Origin: Moniliella sp. 'wahieum'
Taxonomy: Eukaryota
Length of the DNA: 64,000 nt
NCBI GenBank assembly: GCA_003971905.1
Contig: RSEE01000052.1
Coordinates: forward strand, 1 to 64,000
Direction of reading: 5' to 3'
Shown here one piece after another: positions 11,611 to 23,791 of the stretch (position 1 is its first letter; the number at the start of each line of letters is the position of its first letter). The notes under the pieces were generated by a model. The model ran no database searches, was not told the DNA's origin, and saw only the letters and a program-made list of their open reading frames with translations. A program made the position numbers and the translations under genes.

Positions 11611-14600
11611 TCTCACTTCCCAGATCCGTATTATGGCATAGGCGGCGTAGGCACGTAGGATCGATCATCGAATGCAATACCGAACAGATTTCGAAGCTGC
11701 GTTGCTGGATAGAATTTGGTCTCGGCTCCAAGGTCCCATTCACATCCAAAAAGCCGCTCTCCTGCCGCACGCATACGGGCCGAGCTCCAAGCACCAGCAC
11801 TACTAAGCAATGTTTCGTTCAGCGCTCAAAACACCCGCAGCGAGTTCACCGTTCAACGTTCATCACGTTCACCAACCAAAACGCAAGCGGTTGCTGGTTG
11901 CAGACGGGCGCGCAGCGTGCCATGCACATGCTCTGTGTTGTCTGCGGCATGCCAGGGCGTTGGTAGTCCAAGCACTCGGCTGTCCCGCATGCGGTTGCGC
12001 TACGCACAGCCGCCTGGGCGGGCATACTGCATACGTATCCCTGGCGCGCCTACTGAGACACAGTGTTTTGAGCCCCCTCGCCCCAACCGGCAACCACATT
12101 AATCCAGCTCGAATTCCAGCGCCCATCGTCACGCGTCACGCTTGTTCGCACGTTCACACTTCAAGCTTCAAGCTAGCTTCAAGCTTCAACCTCTGCGAGC
12201 CTCCGGCTGCGTCGCTGCAACGCTTGTGCTGGGTTTCAGTACCCGTACGTTAATTGTTCCTACGATCGAAGCGTCAAGCTTGAGTATAAGGAGGAGATGG
12301 TTGTGCTATTCCAGAAGAGGAGCCCGTCCGCGTCAGGGGCAGAACATAGAGGAGAGTCGGAGAAGAACAGCGTCGAAGGAGATGTGTGGTCGGCTACATG
12401 CGTGATGGCGCTGACATTGAGAGCTTGCGGCCTGAGGAGGAACCGCCCATTCAGATATTCAGACTCCGGCTCTCAGTCGGTACCTGAGTACGGCCTGATG
12501 AGTACTGCTGACCTGCTGACGCATGCCACTAGCACTAGTCATAGTTACTAGTTACTAATGACTAGGTTTACCAGTTCCTCAGGGATTGATCGATTATCGA
12601 TTAAGCTGATGATCGATGAAGGGATGGCCGATTGTTGTTGCACGCCAATGCGCCAATGGACCGCACTGGACTGCGGCGCCTGCCCCTTTTGGCGGGTGCG
12701 GCTGGTGTGCGCGTGTTCTCAGCCACGCAAGGAACAAGCTCACCTGGGTGAAATCACGGGCCACAGGTCACCGGTCACCGGCCACCATCCCAGTCGTCTT
12801 CCCAGATCTCAGATCGCCGAATCTCCCAGCGGATCTCTCCAGTGGGGCGGAGAGTATGCTAGGAGGGTGGAGTCCGCACGGAGGCAGTGCCCAATGCGGG
12901 GGCGGCTGTGTGCTGCGGTGTGCCTGGACATGCAATGGGACAGTTGGACCTGTGCGGCTCAGGCGCTGAGTCGTGTTGAGTACGTTGAGCGTACGTTGAA
13001 CGGTGAGGCGTTGAGCTTGAGCTTGAGGACGAGGACTCGTGGTACTCGTGTATCGTACTGAGACGGAGTAGTCAGTCTGAGATCTGAGTGCGTTGTCTGG
13101 GATCTGTGACATGCGATCTGAGTGCGATCATCGATCAGATCTCAGAGTCCTCAGACCCAGTAGCTGGAGCGTGGCTCAGCGCTGAGCCTCAGCCTTCAGC
13201 TGACGCTTGAAGCTCTGACGGGTCTGAAGCTGGAAGGTTCGCCAGGGTCTGCGTCGATGCAGTCTCGAATGGCGTCGCAGCCACAAGGGCCCTGCGGGCT
13301 GCCAGCTGTCGAGCGCTCAGGCGCTCAGGCGCTCAGGCACTCAGCCGCTCCGGCTCATTCAGCCGCCAGGGGCGCGGGGGCATTGTGCCTCGCCAGTGCA
13401 CTGGACGACCAACGGGGCGCTCGTAACGCATCGCTTGGCCAGCGCTTTGCCTTCCAACGTCCATCGCCCATCGCCCATCTCAGCCCTTCTTGGCCTGCCC
13501 AGTCCCACCTCGCTCGCCTTCGCCTTCGCCCTTGGCTTTGCTTGGCCTCCTTGTGCCCCCCCTCCACCATCCTCGGCCCACCGCCCGCACTGCCTCCGTC
13601 GCTGCCACCCCTCACTCTTGCCTTGCCATGGTTGCCGCAGCCCACGCTACTACCCACGGCGCTTCCCACCGCCGGCTCACGCACCCACTCGCCGCTCCCC
13701 CCCACCCATCCCCGCGCGTACGCAGCTCAACCAGCACCGCCGCCACTGTGCCCCTGCTAGCCCCGGTCCCCCGTCGTGCCGGCTTCCTTCATCGGCCCAA
13801 GGCGGTTCGTGCGGTGGCGCCTCTGGTCCTGTGCGACCTACCACGCCTCGGGCCCAATTGGCCGCGTCGCTGCAAAGTGTCAGCTTGCATTGCTTGCCTG
13901 CCGCGCCGCACTTGCCTGCCCCCTTGGCACCTGCACCAGGTTCTTCCGACCCTCCCCTTACTGCGCTTGCGAACCTGGGTTCATTCGCTACGCTTCCCTC
14001 GCTGGTCTACGACGGGCACGCTCGTCCCCCTCTGCTGGAGGATGAGATGCCAGACCAAGCAGTTGGACTGTCCACATTGTACCCCTCCTTCACCCCTTCC
14101 ACTTCCACTTTCACTTCCACCCACCCCCACCCCCCCTTGACCTCGACTGTGACCTCGAGCTTGAGCTCGACCTCGACCCCGACCCACCCGAACAGTGTAG
14201 TTCGCACATTGGCTTTCTCACCTGCTCGTGCCTCCCCCCTGCACCTCTTCCCGTTTGCCCACGCCCACCGCCACACCTCCCCCGCACGATGCGCCACCGT
14301 GCTCGCCCATTCCTCGTTCGTGGACCCGCAACCCTTTGGCGCCCTTGGCTCGCTCTCGGCCAAGCACGCCGGTTCCCAGTGGCGTGCTCCCTCTCGGGCT
14401 GGAATTTGGGTGCACACCTCCCTGGGCCCGATTGGACGTTAGTGCCTAACTGGCCGTTGTGCCGGTGCGCCTTCGGTGCATTCTTTTTGGCACGCTTCCC
14501 CCGTTTTCGTCGTCGCTCTGAGTTCTGAGTTCGGAGTTTTGAGCTCTGACCTAGAAGGCCTGTGGCATGGGATGTGGCAACCCTTTTCACGTTGAACCAG

Positions 14601-17600
14601 GTAGCTACTACCTGGTACAACCACGCACACTTTTACTTTAGTTTCTCAATTCCTTTTTACGACCCCTCCTCTCCCCTCCTCCACCTGCCTCTTTTCCTGG
14701 CGCATGACCCCACTCCTACCCTCTGTCCTGATGACCTGTCGTCCGGTGTCCGATCCTATGACCACGAAACTCTTCTCCCGTTGTACAGCGACTGCCTTGT
14801 CTGTGTTGGGTAGGTTGTCAGGTTTGATAGGTTGGGTGCTTGCTTGAGTACGGTGAGGACTTGAGCACAGATTTATCTGTGTCTCCTATACTCCCACTGT
14901 TATCTCGCTAGACTTGCATGGAGGGGGGCAGACGGTAATGGCGGGCTATGCCATCCTACTGCTACTACCAACTGTGGTGTTTGGCTGTGTACCAAGCCAA
15001 AACGGTGTTTGATTGGGTACCAAGCTCGGGCGGTGGTTGCAGCAAGGTATGTTTGCTTGTCGCTCCATCTCTGCAAAACCCCCCTTCTGCACTCGACTGT
15101 GTTTGCTACTTGACCAAGTTGGATCAAATTCAAACGACTATCCCTATCCTGGTTTTCACGGCACGCCCAACGCAAAGTTCTTTGACCCACCGACCACCAA
15201 CACTGAGGTCAGAACGGAGGATACAGCATACTAATCTCCTGTTGCCTCACCGCTCTCGGTTTCCGTTTAGTTTTCAGCTTTTCTCCCATATACATTAGTT
15301 GCTTTATGTTCCACGCCAAGTCCACCGCTTGGAACATGATGGAGGCAGATAGATACAGTTCCTTGCACGGGACCACCTCGCCCCATCTCGTACGAACCAC
15401 ACCAACACGCATTGGGACGGTCAGTGGAATCGCACTGCCACAGAGGGGAGGCGGCGAGGAGGCTTTTTCGTTTTGTCCACATATACTAGCTTGACAGCTA
15501 GGATCCAACTTCATACCGATGATCCCCCCTGCCCAAACCGCAAATGGACAAAGTAATGCTTACAATAGAAAGACAATATAATGGTATCAGCGATACTGCA
15601 TTGGTCGCCTGCAGGATGGCACACTGTGCACTGTGCATTGCGCTTCCTCATCCGCCCTCTTCCATAACTGCCACCATATCGGTTGTCCAACAGACGAATG
15701 AGAGGTTTGTGGAATGATGAGTGAAAAACCACCTCTTGACGCTCATTTAAGAAGCATATCTTTGGACGCAGCTACGTTTCCGTACACGAAGAAGTTCAGA
15801 TACTTCATCCTCCACACATTAACCGGTCCAATCGTTTCGTGGGGAGAGTGGGTTACCGCTCTTGCGACCCCACCACCTGGTCCGCTAGGTACAACAATGA
15901 TGGCATCTATATGTAGTGGATCGCTTAGGGTATGACACACAAACCAGAGCATGGAAGAAAAGGAAGCAGAGAGAAAGGGGGTACAATGACGGCGAAACCA
16001 AACCCATAATGTGTGGTGCCACCACATTTCCCCCCACTTCCCCCCCCCCTCTCTCTCGCGCACGCGCACACACCGCCTGTTCCCTGTTGCTACTTCGATT
16101 GGTTCGTGTGGAATGAGCAGGAGGACTCGGGGATCCTGGACGGTACGGTGCATAATGTGAATGGGGGGTAGGGGGTGTTGACCACCAGTGGTCTACAGCC
16201 CATCCGCCTTCAGTGACACGTGGCCCGATGCACACAGTGCACCGGGGCAGTGAGTTCCGGACCTTCCACGAGCTTCCATTGGCCTCCAGCCCAGGAGCCT
16301 ATCAAGGCCCATAGCTCTAGCTCCCCTTAGCTCTTGAATGCCATCTCCATCCCTCATCGCCAGCATCGCTAGCTAGGCCTGTGACAAGGGGTACGTGCAT
16401 CACTCATGCGCTCACTTGATCAGAGCCGCCTTGGTACCGCAACAAGCTGTGGGGCAGCCGAAAGGCTGTTTTTATGTGCGCCTGTCACGAGGCGACAAAA
16501 GTCGCCTTGCACGGACACCTCCACTTCCTTATAATCGGTATCGCTTCTCGGTTTCTTTCTCTATATATCACTACTCAAGTTCTCTATCGTTCTCTATCGC
16601 TCGCTATCGTGACTCCGTTTCTCAGCCTATCCAACAAACCCACAACAATAATTGTCTCGTCCCCATCTCGCGCCACTCTCGTCCATACAACCTTCTAAAA
16701 CTCAACACAAGATCTCGACACGGCTTCTCGCCTCGGCTCTCACCCGTGCCATGCGTTCTTGGCCCTCACTTCTCCCCGTTGATGGCTCGTTTCTACTTAA
16801 TTTATATACTCTGTGGACCTACTGTTGGTCATTCCTAAAACCTGCCTATTCTTCGATCCAATTGTGATGGCCCAACTCCGCTCACCATGCCTTTGGCCTC
16901 ACTCTTCCTCTAGGGGCTCCACTTTAGACGAACCGCCCTTTCAATCATCTCGCTCTCCCTCCCTCGTCCACCGGAGCTCCCTGCTTGCACGTCCGGTATA
17001 GGTCCCCAACATGCAACCTCCTTCTTGGACGCTCCCTGGCTCTGCCTGACGACTGGCAAAGTGCTCCTCGCGGCCCTCCTACGTGCACTCCAGTGTTCTT
17101 TGGACTTCGAATCTGAAACGCGTTCAGTCCTCTGCGAGTCTTGTCTCCGATGCCAGGCAGGAAAGGTCTAGCCAGCACACTCCCCGTCACAGCACTACAA
17201 CACTGCGGTTTTTGCGCCGCGTCCTCGCGCCCAAAAACCAGCAAGCAACTGAATGTACGACCAGTACGAAGAGCCGTAGTGCGACCAAACTGAAACGTAG
17301 GACAACGGAGTACGATCCGCTCGCCAAAGACGCCTTTGCAACAAGCACAACTACTAGGCGCACTCCCGTGCGCACAACTGAACTACGAACGAGAAAAGCG
17401 CAAAGGCAATAGATATCGCTGTGCCCCACAGTACTTAGTCACATACACCCGGCTACTCGGGGCTGAGGCGGATGATCAATCACCGATCACCGTCGATGAC
17501 TGCTTATCTCAGCGGAGGCAGGCGAGGGGCTGGGGACGCCCATTGGCCACGATCACTGATCACTCCGACCCCTCGGCTTGCTCCCTTGGGCCTTGTCGAG

Positions 17601-17740
17601 GCTGCATCGAGCGAGCCTCCTGCGCTGTTGCATCCCATCCACCCTCTCGGCTGTGGATCTGGGTCTTGGCCTTTTGGCTGTCGCTTGGGGTGTGCGAGTG
17701 GACTGTGGAGTGGAGCGCGTAGGCCGTGCTCACCAAGCGA

Positions 17741-19841
17741 TGCCTTCCTACGTGTTCTCAAAGAGAGGGGGCCAAGCGGGTGCTGATGCTGATGTTGATG
17801 CGGATGCTGGTGCGGATGCTGGTGCTGGTGCTGGAGCTGGAGCTGGTGCGGACGCTCGGCCAGCTGCACTTGCTTCGCCCGAGCGGGCTGCGTCGTACGT
17901 GCTTCTGGACCATCCTGCACCTGCGCCTGATTCGGACGATAGCAGTATGATTGGTCCTGTGCTACCTCCTCGGCGTCCGCGGTCCGCCCACCCTACCTAC
18001 TCGACCCACTCAACCTACTCGACTCACTCGACCCACTCCCTCCTACCCAACCAGCGCGACAGCCTCCCTTCCCCCACCACGGCGCGCCGACGTCCGCACG
18101 CGCCTTGTGGCCAGTCGAGCCACGCGCGCCTGCCCGCACCCGCTCTACCTACCTCTACACTTACACCTACCTCTCCACTTACCTCATTCGGCCGACCACG
18201 GGGGTGGGTACTGCTTCCGCTGTTAGCTGTGGTGGATGCGATGGTCGTGACGTTGTTATCGTACCGGACGTGGACGCACCACGCGCGTGCAAGTGTCGAT
18301 GGACCGGCGACGCTGACCACGCGTCTGCTCCTCCTTCTCCTCTTGGCCGCCGGGGTGCGGGACAGTGTGCTGGGCAGTATTGGGTGCGCGCACGTGCCGC
18401 GCCGATTGGCACCCACAGTCGCGGCTACGACGTTGGTGCGCTCTTCCTTCCTGCTTCCTGTCTTGAGCCTTGTGCTTTGCCTTGTGCCTTGAGCCTTGAG
18501 CCTCTTGGCATTCAGTCCAAGTGGGCAAGTAGTAACTAACCTCGCCATGTGCACCAGGGTTCACTCATCTTTTCACTTGGCATTCTGAATCTAGTTTACT
18601 TGCCCAACGACCTACGGACCAAGTGCCTCGACCTGGACCTGGGCGCTCGTCGGCGCCCGTGCTGCGCACGCAGCAGCGACAAGGTATTGCGCTCGTAGCC
18701 AGTACGTCCATGGCGTTAGCCGTGGTGCAGTGGGCCGCGCACGTGCTTGTGGCAGGGGTGACGTTACCACCGCGCGGAGTGGGCGCGTTGCATGCCCAAC
18801 GTTGGTTGGACGACTTGAATCGCGGTCCAGCTCCTGCAGTGCTGAGGTCACAACGTATCTTGCTTCCCCCGTCGCCGGCGTTGCACGCTGCCCCGACACC
18901 TACACCAACACAAACACAACCCCAGACGCAGACACAGCCGCAGACGAGCAAGGACAATGTGGCGTTTTCAGCTACGGGTTCAGCCGTGGTCCCTGTGACG
19001 GATGTAGAGGCCTTCGGGGCCTGCGTGGCCAACGCCCAAGCCGACCCCGAACCCGGTGCTAACTCCGACCCCGAACCCGGTGCTAACTCCGACCCCGAAC
19101 CCGAGTCGGGCACAGGCATAGGGATGGAGATGGAGATGGGGATGGGGAGCGATGGCGAGATGGAGCCAAATGAGCACAGCGGGTTGCTGCGTTGGCACCC
19201 TGGTGTTGCCGCCCTCGCGGACCAGTTGGTTGCGCCCGTCGTGGCCGCGCGGATCGCCCTCGTCCGAGGAAGGGGAAGAAGGGCAAGAGTCGCAAGAAGA
19301 TCAAAGGCAAGAGCGAGGGCAAGAGCAAGGGCAAGAGCAAGGGCAAGAGCGAGGCGGTGGTAGGTCCGAAATGGCCGGGCGAGACGACGAGGGAGAAGAG
19401 AGAGAAGGGTGGGAGGAAGAGTGGGATGCGGATGAGATTGTGGACATTGTGCCGGACCGAAGGGTGGGACGAAAATTGTCGGCTCAACGGTTAGCCATGG
19501 CCTTGGCCGACGACCAAGATCCAGCCCACTGGCGCGCGTCGTACTTGGTCCCATCGGGACCAGAGGTACCCACCCAACGACGTGCTCGCACGCGTACCCG
19601 GACTTTACCTTCCCGCCCGCCTTCGCACCCTGCTGCTGCTTCTTCTTCTTCTTCTTCCTTGTCCATGACCTTGCCTTTGCCCTACTCCCTCCCCCGCCGC
19701 GCGCGCATTCGGCCCTGTACCGTCCTGCCCCGGACCGCTGGAGCGTTCCTTCTCCAAGTGGGGACCGGGACAGGGAGCAGGAGCGCGAACGTTATCGTCC
19801 GCGCCCACGCCCACGTACCCTCTCTGCCGCGGCGGCCGTGA
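17741..19841 (+). CDS. Hypothetical membrane protein (about 4 hydrophobic segments, acidic/low-complexity C-terminal half)
   Basis: MPSYVFSKRG start; hydrophobic stretches WVLLPLLAVVDAMVVTLL, LLLLLLLAAGVRDSVLG and IALVASTSMALAVVQWAAHVLVAGV; probable intron 18436-18557 (GTGCGC..ACTAAC..CAG); frameshifts. Confidence 0.5.
19041..19103 (+). repeat. 24-bp coding tandem repeat (DPEPGANS, about 2.6 copies)
   Basis: CCGACCCCGAACCCGGTGCTAACT repeated in tandem. Confidence 0.85.
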
Positions 19842-20800
19842 CGGTGCCCGAGGAGGAGTCGGTGGGCAGTGGCTAGTGACATTTGAAATGAAGCGTGAAG
19901 TGAACCTTGGAGGGAAGCGTGAAGGGAACGGCTCCGAGGGCGGAGAGAGAGAGAACAAGGAGGATGGGATGGGATGGGTTGGGTTCTGTCTGCCTTGCTG
20001 CCCGGGTCAAGTTGGTTTGGGTGTGGGTGTGGGGTGGGTAAGGTCGGGTAAGTCGGTGGGCAATGTTTGGTTGCGCATGTAGTACCTATCCTAGGGCGAA
20101 TACGCTCACGTAGCGGGTAGAAACAGGTTGCACGCCCACTGTACCATGTACGCTATACGCTACCGAGTGGGGGGCGGGCGGTGCGCCAGACAAGCGCCAA
20201 GTACCACATGAGGAAGCGAGCGGCGGAAGATGGGATGCGGGCCAAGCAACTCAGGCAGCTAGTTGATTTAATTGTAGTGCAGTGTGTATGGTGTAGGCTG
20301 CAGCCACGGTGGCCACTCTTTTCGCGACTACAATTTGGGCTATAATACTACGGTGCGACGCTACGGAGGTGCGGTGGCAGCTGCCCCGATACATGGTAAT
20401 CGATAATCGATAATCCCACCGTCAGCGTGCAGAGGTACGATGTACGGCAGATGGGATTGACGATTGAATTTTGACGTTTGACTAGAGGAAGAGGGGGGCG
20501 GCACTGCGAGTGCGCGGTGGACATGGACGAGCGAGGTAGACCGATCCCGCCCCGCTCCGCTCGTAGGACCCAGAGAGCCAAGCCAACTAAGAAGAGTAAG
20601 CGCGTCGTTACGTTGCTCCCACACCAGTCTGTCTGTCGCACTCAAACGGAAAGCTGAATGCTGTACTTGTTCGGACGATGGAATGGAATGGGATGGAATA
20701 GAGCATGAAGATCGTTTGATACGTTCGCTATTCAGGGCGCGGCACCGGCTCGGCGATCTGATCGCCGTGGGCGATTTACACTTATTAGTACACTGAGTAC

Positions 20801-22762
20801 CTACTTCTTCAGGGTACCAATGACCGTGTAGGGCGCGTACTTGTCAATCACCGAGATGTCATGCAGCATCAAAAACGGTTCGGTTGCATCCGTGCCGGCG
20901 TACTTGAGCACCGCCGTCGTTCCGCCCGGGTGATCCGGGAGGAACTTGGTCACATCCAGCACCTTGTCTTCCACCACGACCCAGACATCGTCCTTGGACT
21001 TATGCTTGGCCACCTCGTCCATCGTGTACACGGCCGCCTTGACGGCTCTTCAGCGGGCGGTGCAGTGGCGGCTGGGGCAGCCGGAGTCGGGGCCGGAGCA
21101 GCCGCGCTGACCGTAGCACCAGACGGGGAAGCTGATGCGCCATCAGCGTCCCAGTGGAACGACAAGTTGACCGACTTGTCCGTCGGGTTGACCTTGATGC
21201 GCGTCTCGAGTTGGTTAGCCAGCTGGCCAATACGTCCCGCAGCGATTTGGCCCTTGGAAAGTCCTTCGAGCAAGTAGGCTGCTGCGCTGTCACCTGCCAC
21301 CCGGCCGTACACCACGCACCCCAACAACGACGAACCGCCCAATCGGTTCGCGCCGTGCACGCCGCCGGCAATTTCGCCTGCGGCAAACAAGCCTGGGATG
21401 GGGGCGCCAGTGCCCTTGTGCAGAATCTGGGCTTCGGGACTAATTTCCACACCGCCCATCGTGTAGTGCAAGACGGGGGCCATGAGGCTGCTGTAGTAAG
21501 GCCCCTGGCGCATGTGGAAGTTGCGATGGAATTTTTCCCAAACGGATCAGGAATCTTGCCCTGGACGAGGCGATCTTTTCGTACGCGTCAAACGTAGCGA
21601 GCAACTTGTCCGTGGGATGCCCATGTCCTTGGCCAATCGTCGTATGTTTCAAACCGTTGCATCAGACCGCGCGCAGCATAGTGCTTGCAGTGCCACTCAA
21701 TCTCTGCGCTCGCCTCACCATTGAGCACCAAACGAATCGGGAACTTATCGTGCTTCCACATGGCTGCCGTCACCACGGCGCGCTTCTCCAGTTCATCAAC
21801 GAACCGGTCACCATCACGGTCGAGCAGCAGACCACCCACCCCACGCAGTGCCTCAGCTGCCAAAAAACTTCACCTTGGCATCAGGTTCGGCCGGATCAAT
21901 CAACCCGGTCGGATGGACCTGTACCTTTTCCATATCAATTAGCGATCCGCCAATGGCGCGAACCATCTTTTGACCGTCGCCCGTGCAGTGCGCGCCATTG
22001 GTCGTGGGCAAGTTCATCCACTCGGGCTTAAACTCCTTGAGCAACGAGTCGGACGAAAAGTCGGCAGCGTACCCGCCAGTAGCCAACACGACCGGACCAC
22101 TGGCACGGTGCGTGGTGCCATCGTGCTCATACTCTACACCCACCACGGCCTCGTTCTCAAACAACAGCTGGGTTACCCGGGCCTTTTTGAGAATGGTCAA
22201 CCGTTCCGGCTCAGCAGCCGCAATGTCCTCAGCCTTGTTCATCAAAGCCATGGTGATTTCCATGCCGGGGAACTGGGCTGCACCACGGTGCGTACGTGGC
22301 TGTGAGTGACCGCCGAGGCGCGCGACGCGCGTCAGGTCCAGAGCAAACTTATCTTCCAGCCAGTCGACAGCCGCACCCGACTTGTACGTCAACACACGGA
22401 TCAACGGGTCGCGAGCCAACTCGGCAGCAGACTTTTTGGTATCGTCAAAAAAGATCTTGGGCGTGTCGTGGATGTGCTGGGCGGCCTGGGAGGCGGTACC
22501 GGCACCGTTGATGCCGGACGTGGCCTATGGGAGGAGAGGGGGGAGGATGGACGACGGTCAGTACCAGTACTCCGTGGGGTCCAGCGAGGGTGCAAGCGCA
22601 GGAAACAGAAACGGGAGGTTGACTTTGACTTACCTTGGTGGAGTTGCCGCCGAAAAAGGCATTCTTGTCGAGGAGGATGACGTTGGCGCCGCGCTCGAGG
22701 AGGGAGTGGGTGGCAGACAGGCCGGCGAGGCCGCCGCCAACGACGATTGCGCGAGGAGCCAT
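20801..22762 (-). CDS. OSM1: FAD-dependent fumarate reductase (flavocytochrome c type) with C-terminal cytochrome b5 domain
   Basis: MAPRAIVVGGGLAGLSA (FAD-binding); GGNSTK|ATSGING across intron 22525-22633; RLGGHSQPRTHR; VLATGG; VQVHPTG; LHYTMGG; GVHGANRLGGSSL; b5 domain YTMDEVAKH..FLPDHPGG..GTDAT. Several frameshifts. Confidence 0.92.
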
Positions 22763-23791
22763 GGGGGGCAAAGGGGGGTTGGAAGCGAGGAGAGGCGGGG
22801 GTGCCGGGGGTGGAAGGGCAGGGAAGGACAGAGACCACGCACGCCCGACGGAGGGTTTAAGACGGGGGCGGGTGGGCGGCATTCATTCGCATTCACATTC
22901 ACATTCACCCCCTCGTGTTGCGTGTGCCTAGTTGCCTCTCGCCGCAGGCAGCGGGCGAGGGCTGTCTGAATGCGACCGGCTCCCGGCAGCCGCACGCACC
23001 CGGACACGCGCCTCGAGCAGCAGCAAGCAAGCGCAAGCGCAGCAAACGAGTGGGCGGCAGGGGGCGCTGTCCTCGGTGGCCGCGGCTGGGCAAACAGCTC
23101 ATTTTGCCCCTCGACCAGCACGCCCCTCGCCCCGGCAGGCGGCCGCAGCACCCAAAGTGGGTCGTGCGCAACGCACACAGGCGCCGTGCCGGCTGCTTTA
23201 CCCCGCACCACGCGCTGCCCCTGGCGCCGCCTGGAGCGCAGCGGCCCAGCGCTGACCAACGCTGACCAACGGGCGCACGGGGGCGCTGTTGGCGGGGCGT
23301 CATGCATCGGGCATCTGTCCACCTGGCGCGATGCAGAATGCAGATGCGCATCCACCCTGCATGCTGCATGCCTGCCTAGCCGCCCGTCCTATTCAGTGCG
23401 CCCTACGCCGGGCCTCGGTTGCTGCGTTCAACGTTCAACGTTAACCCCGCAGCACCCACAGCACGCAGACACGCAGACGAGCTTCGTGTGCTGCACGGGT
23501 GCTTGTGCTTGTGCTTGTGCTTGCGCTCCTCTTTCCCCGCCTTGGCTGCGCTGCCCCGCCCCGGCAGCAGGTGAACTGTAAGCCCCACCCTTGCGCGGCT
23601 GGGTGCGGCCGTCACGTGCCTCTCACACGTCTGCCCCCGCCCCCATTCCCCCCCGTAACATGTAACACTCCTATGCGATGCTACGCTGCAGGCGGCCCGT
23701 CTCAGATCTCAGACCCATCCATCATACAAGTACAGCACAGCCCCGCCCGCCCTGGCGCCCCCCCGTGCATCCGGCCTCCGTGCCTCCGCAC

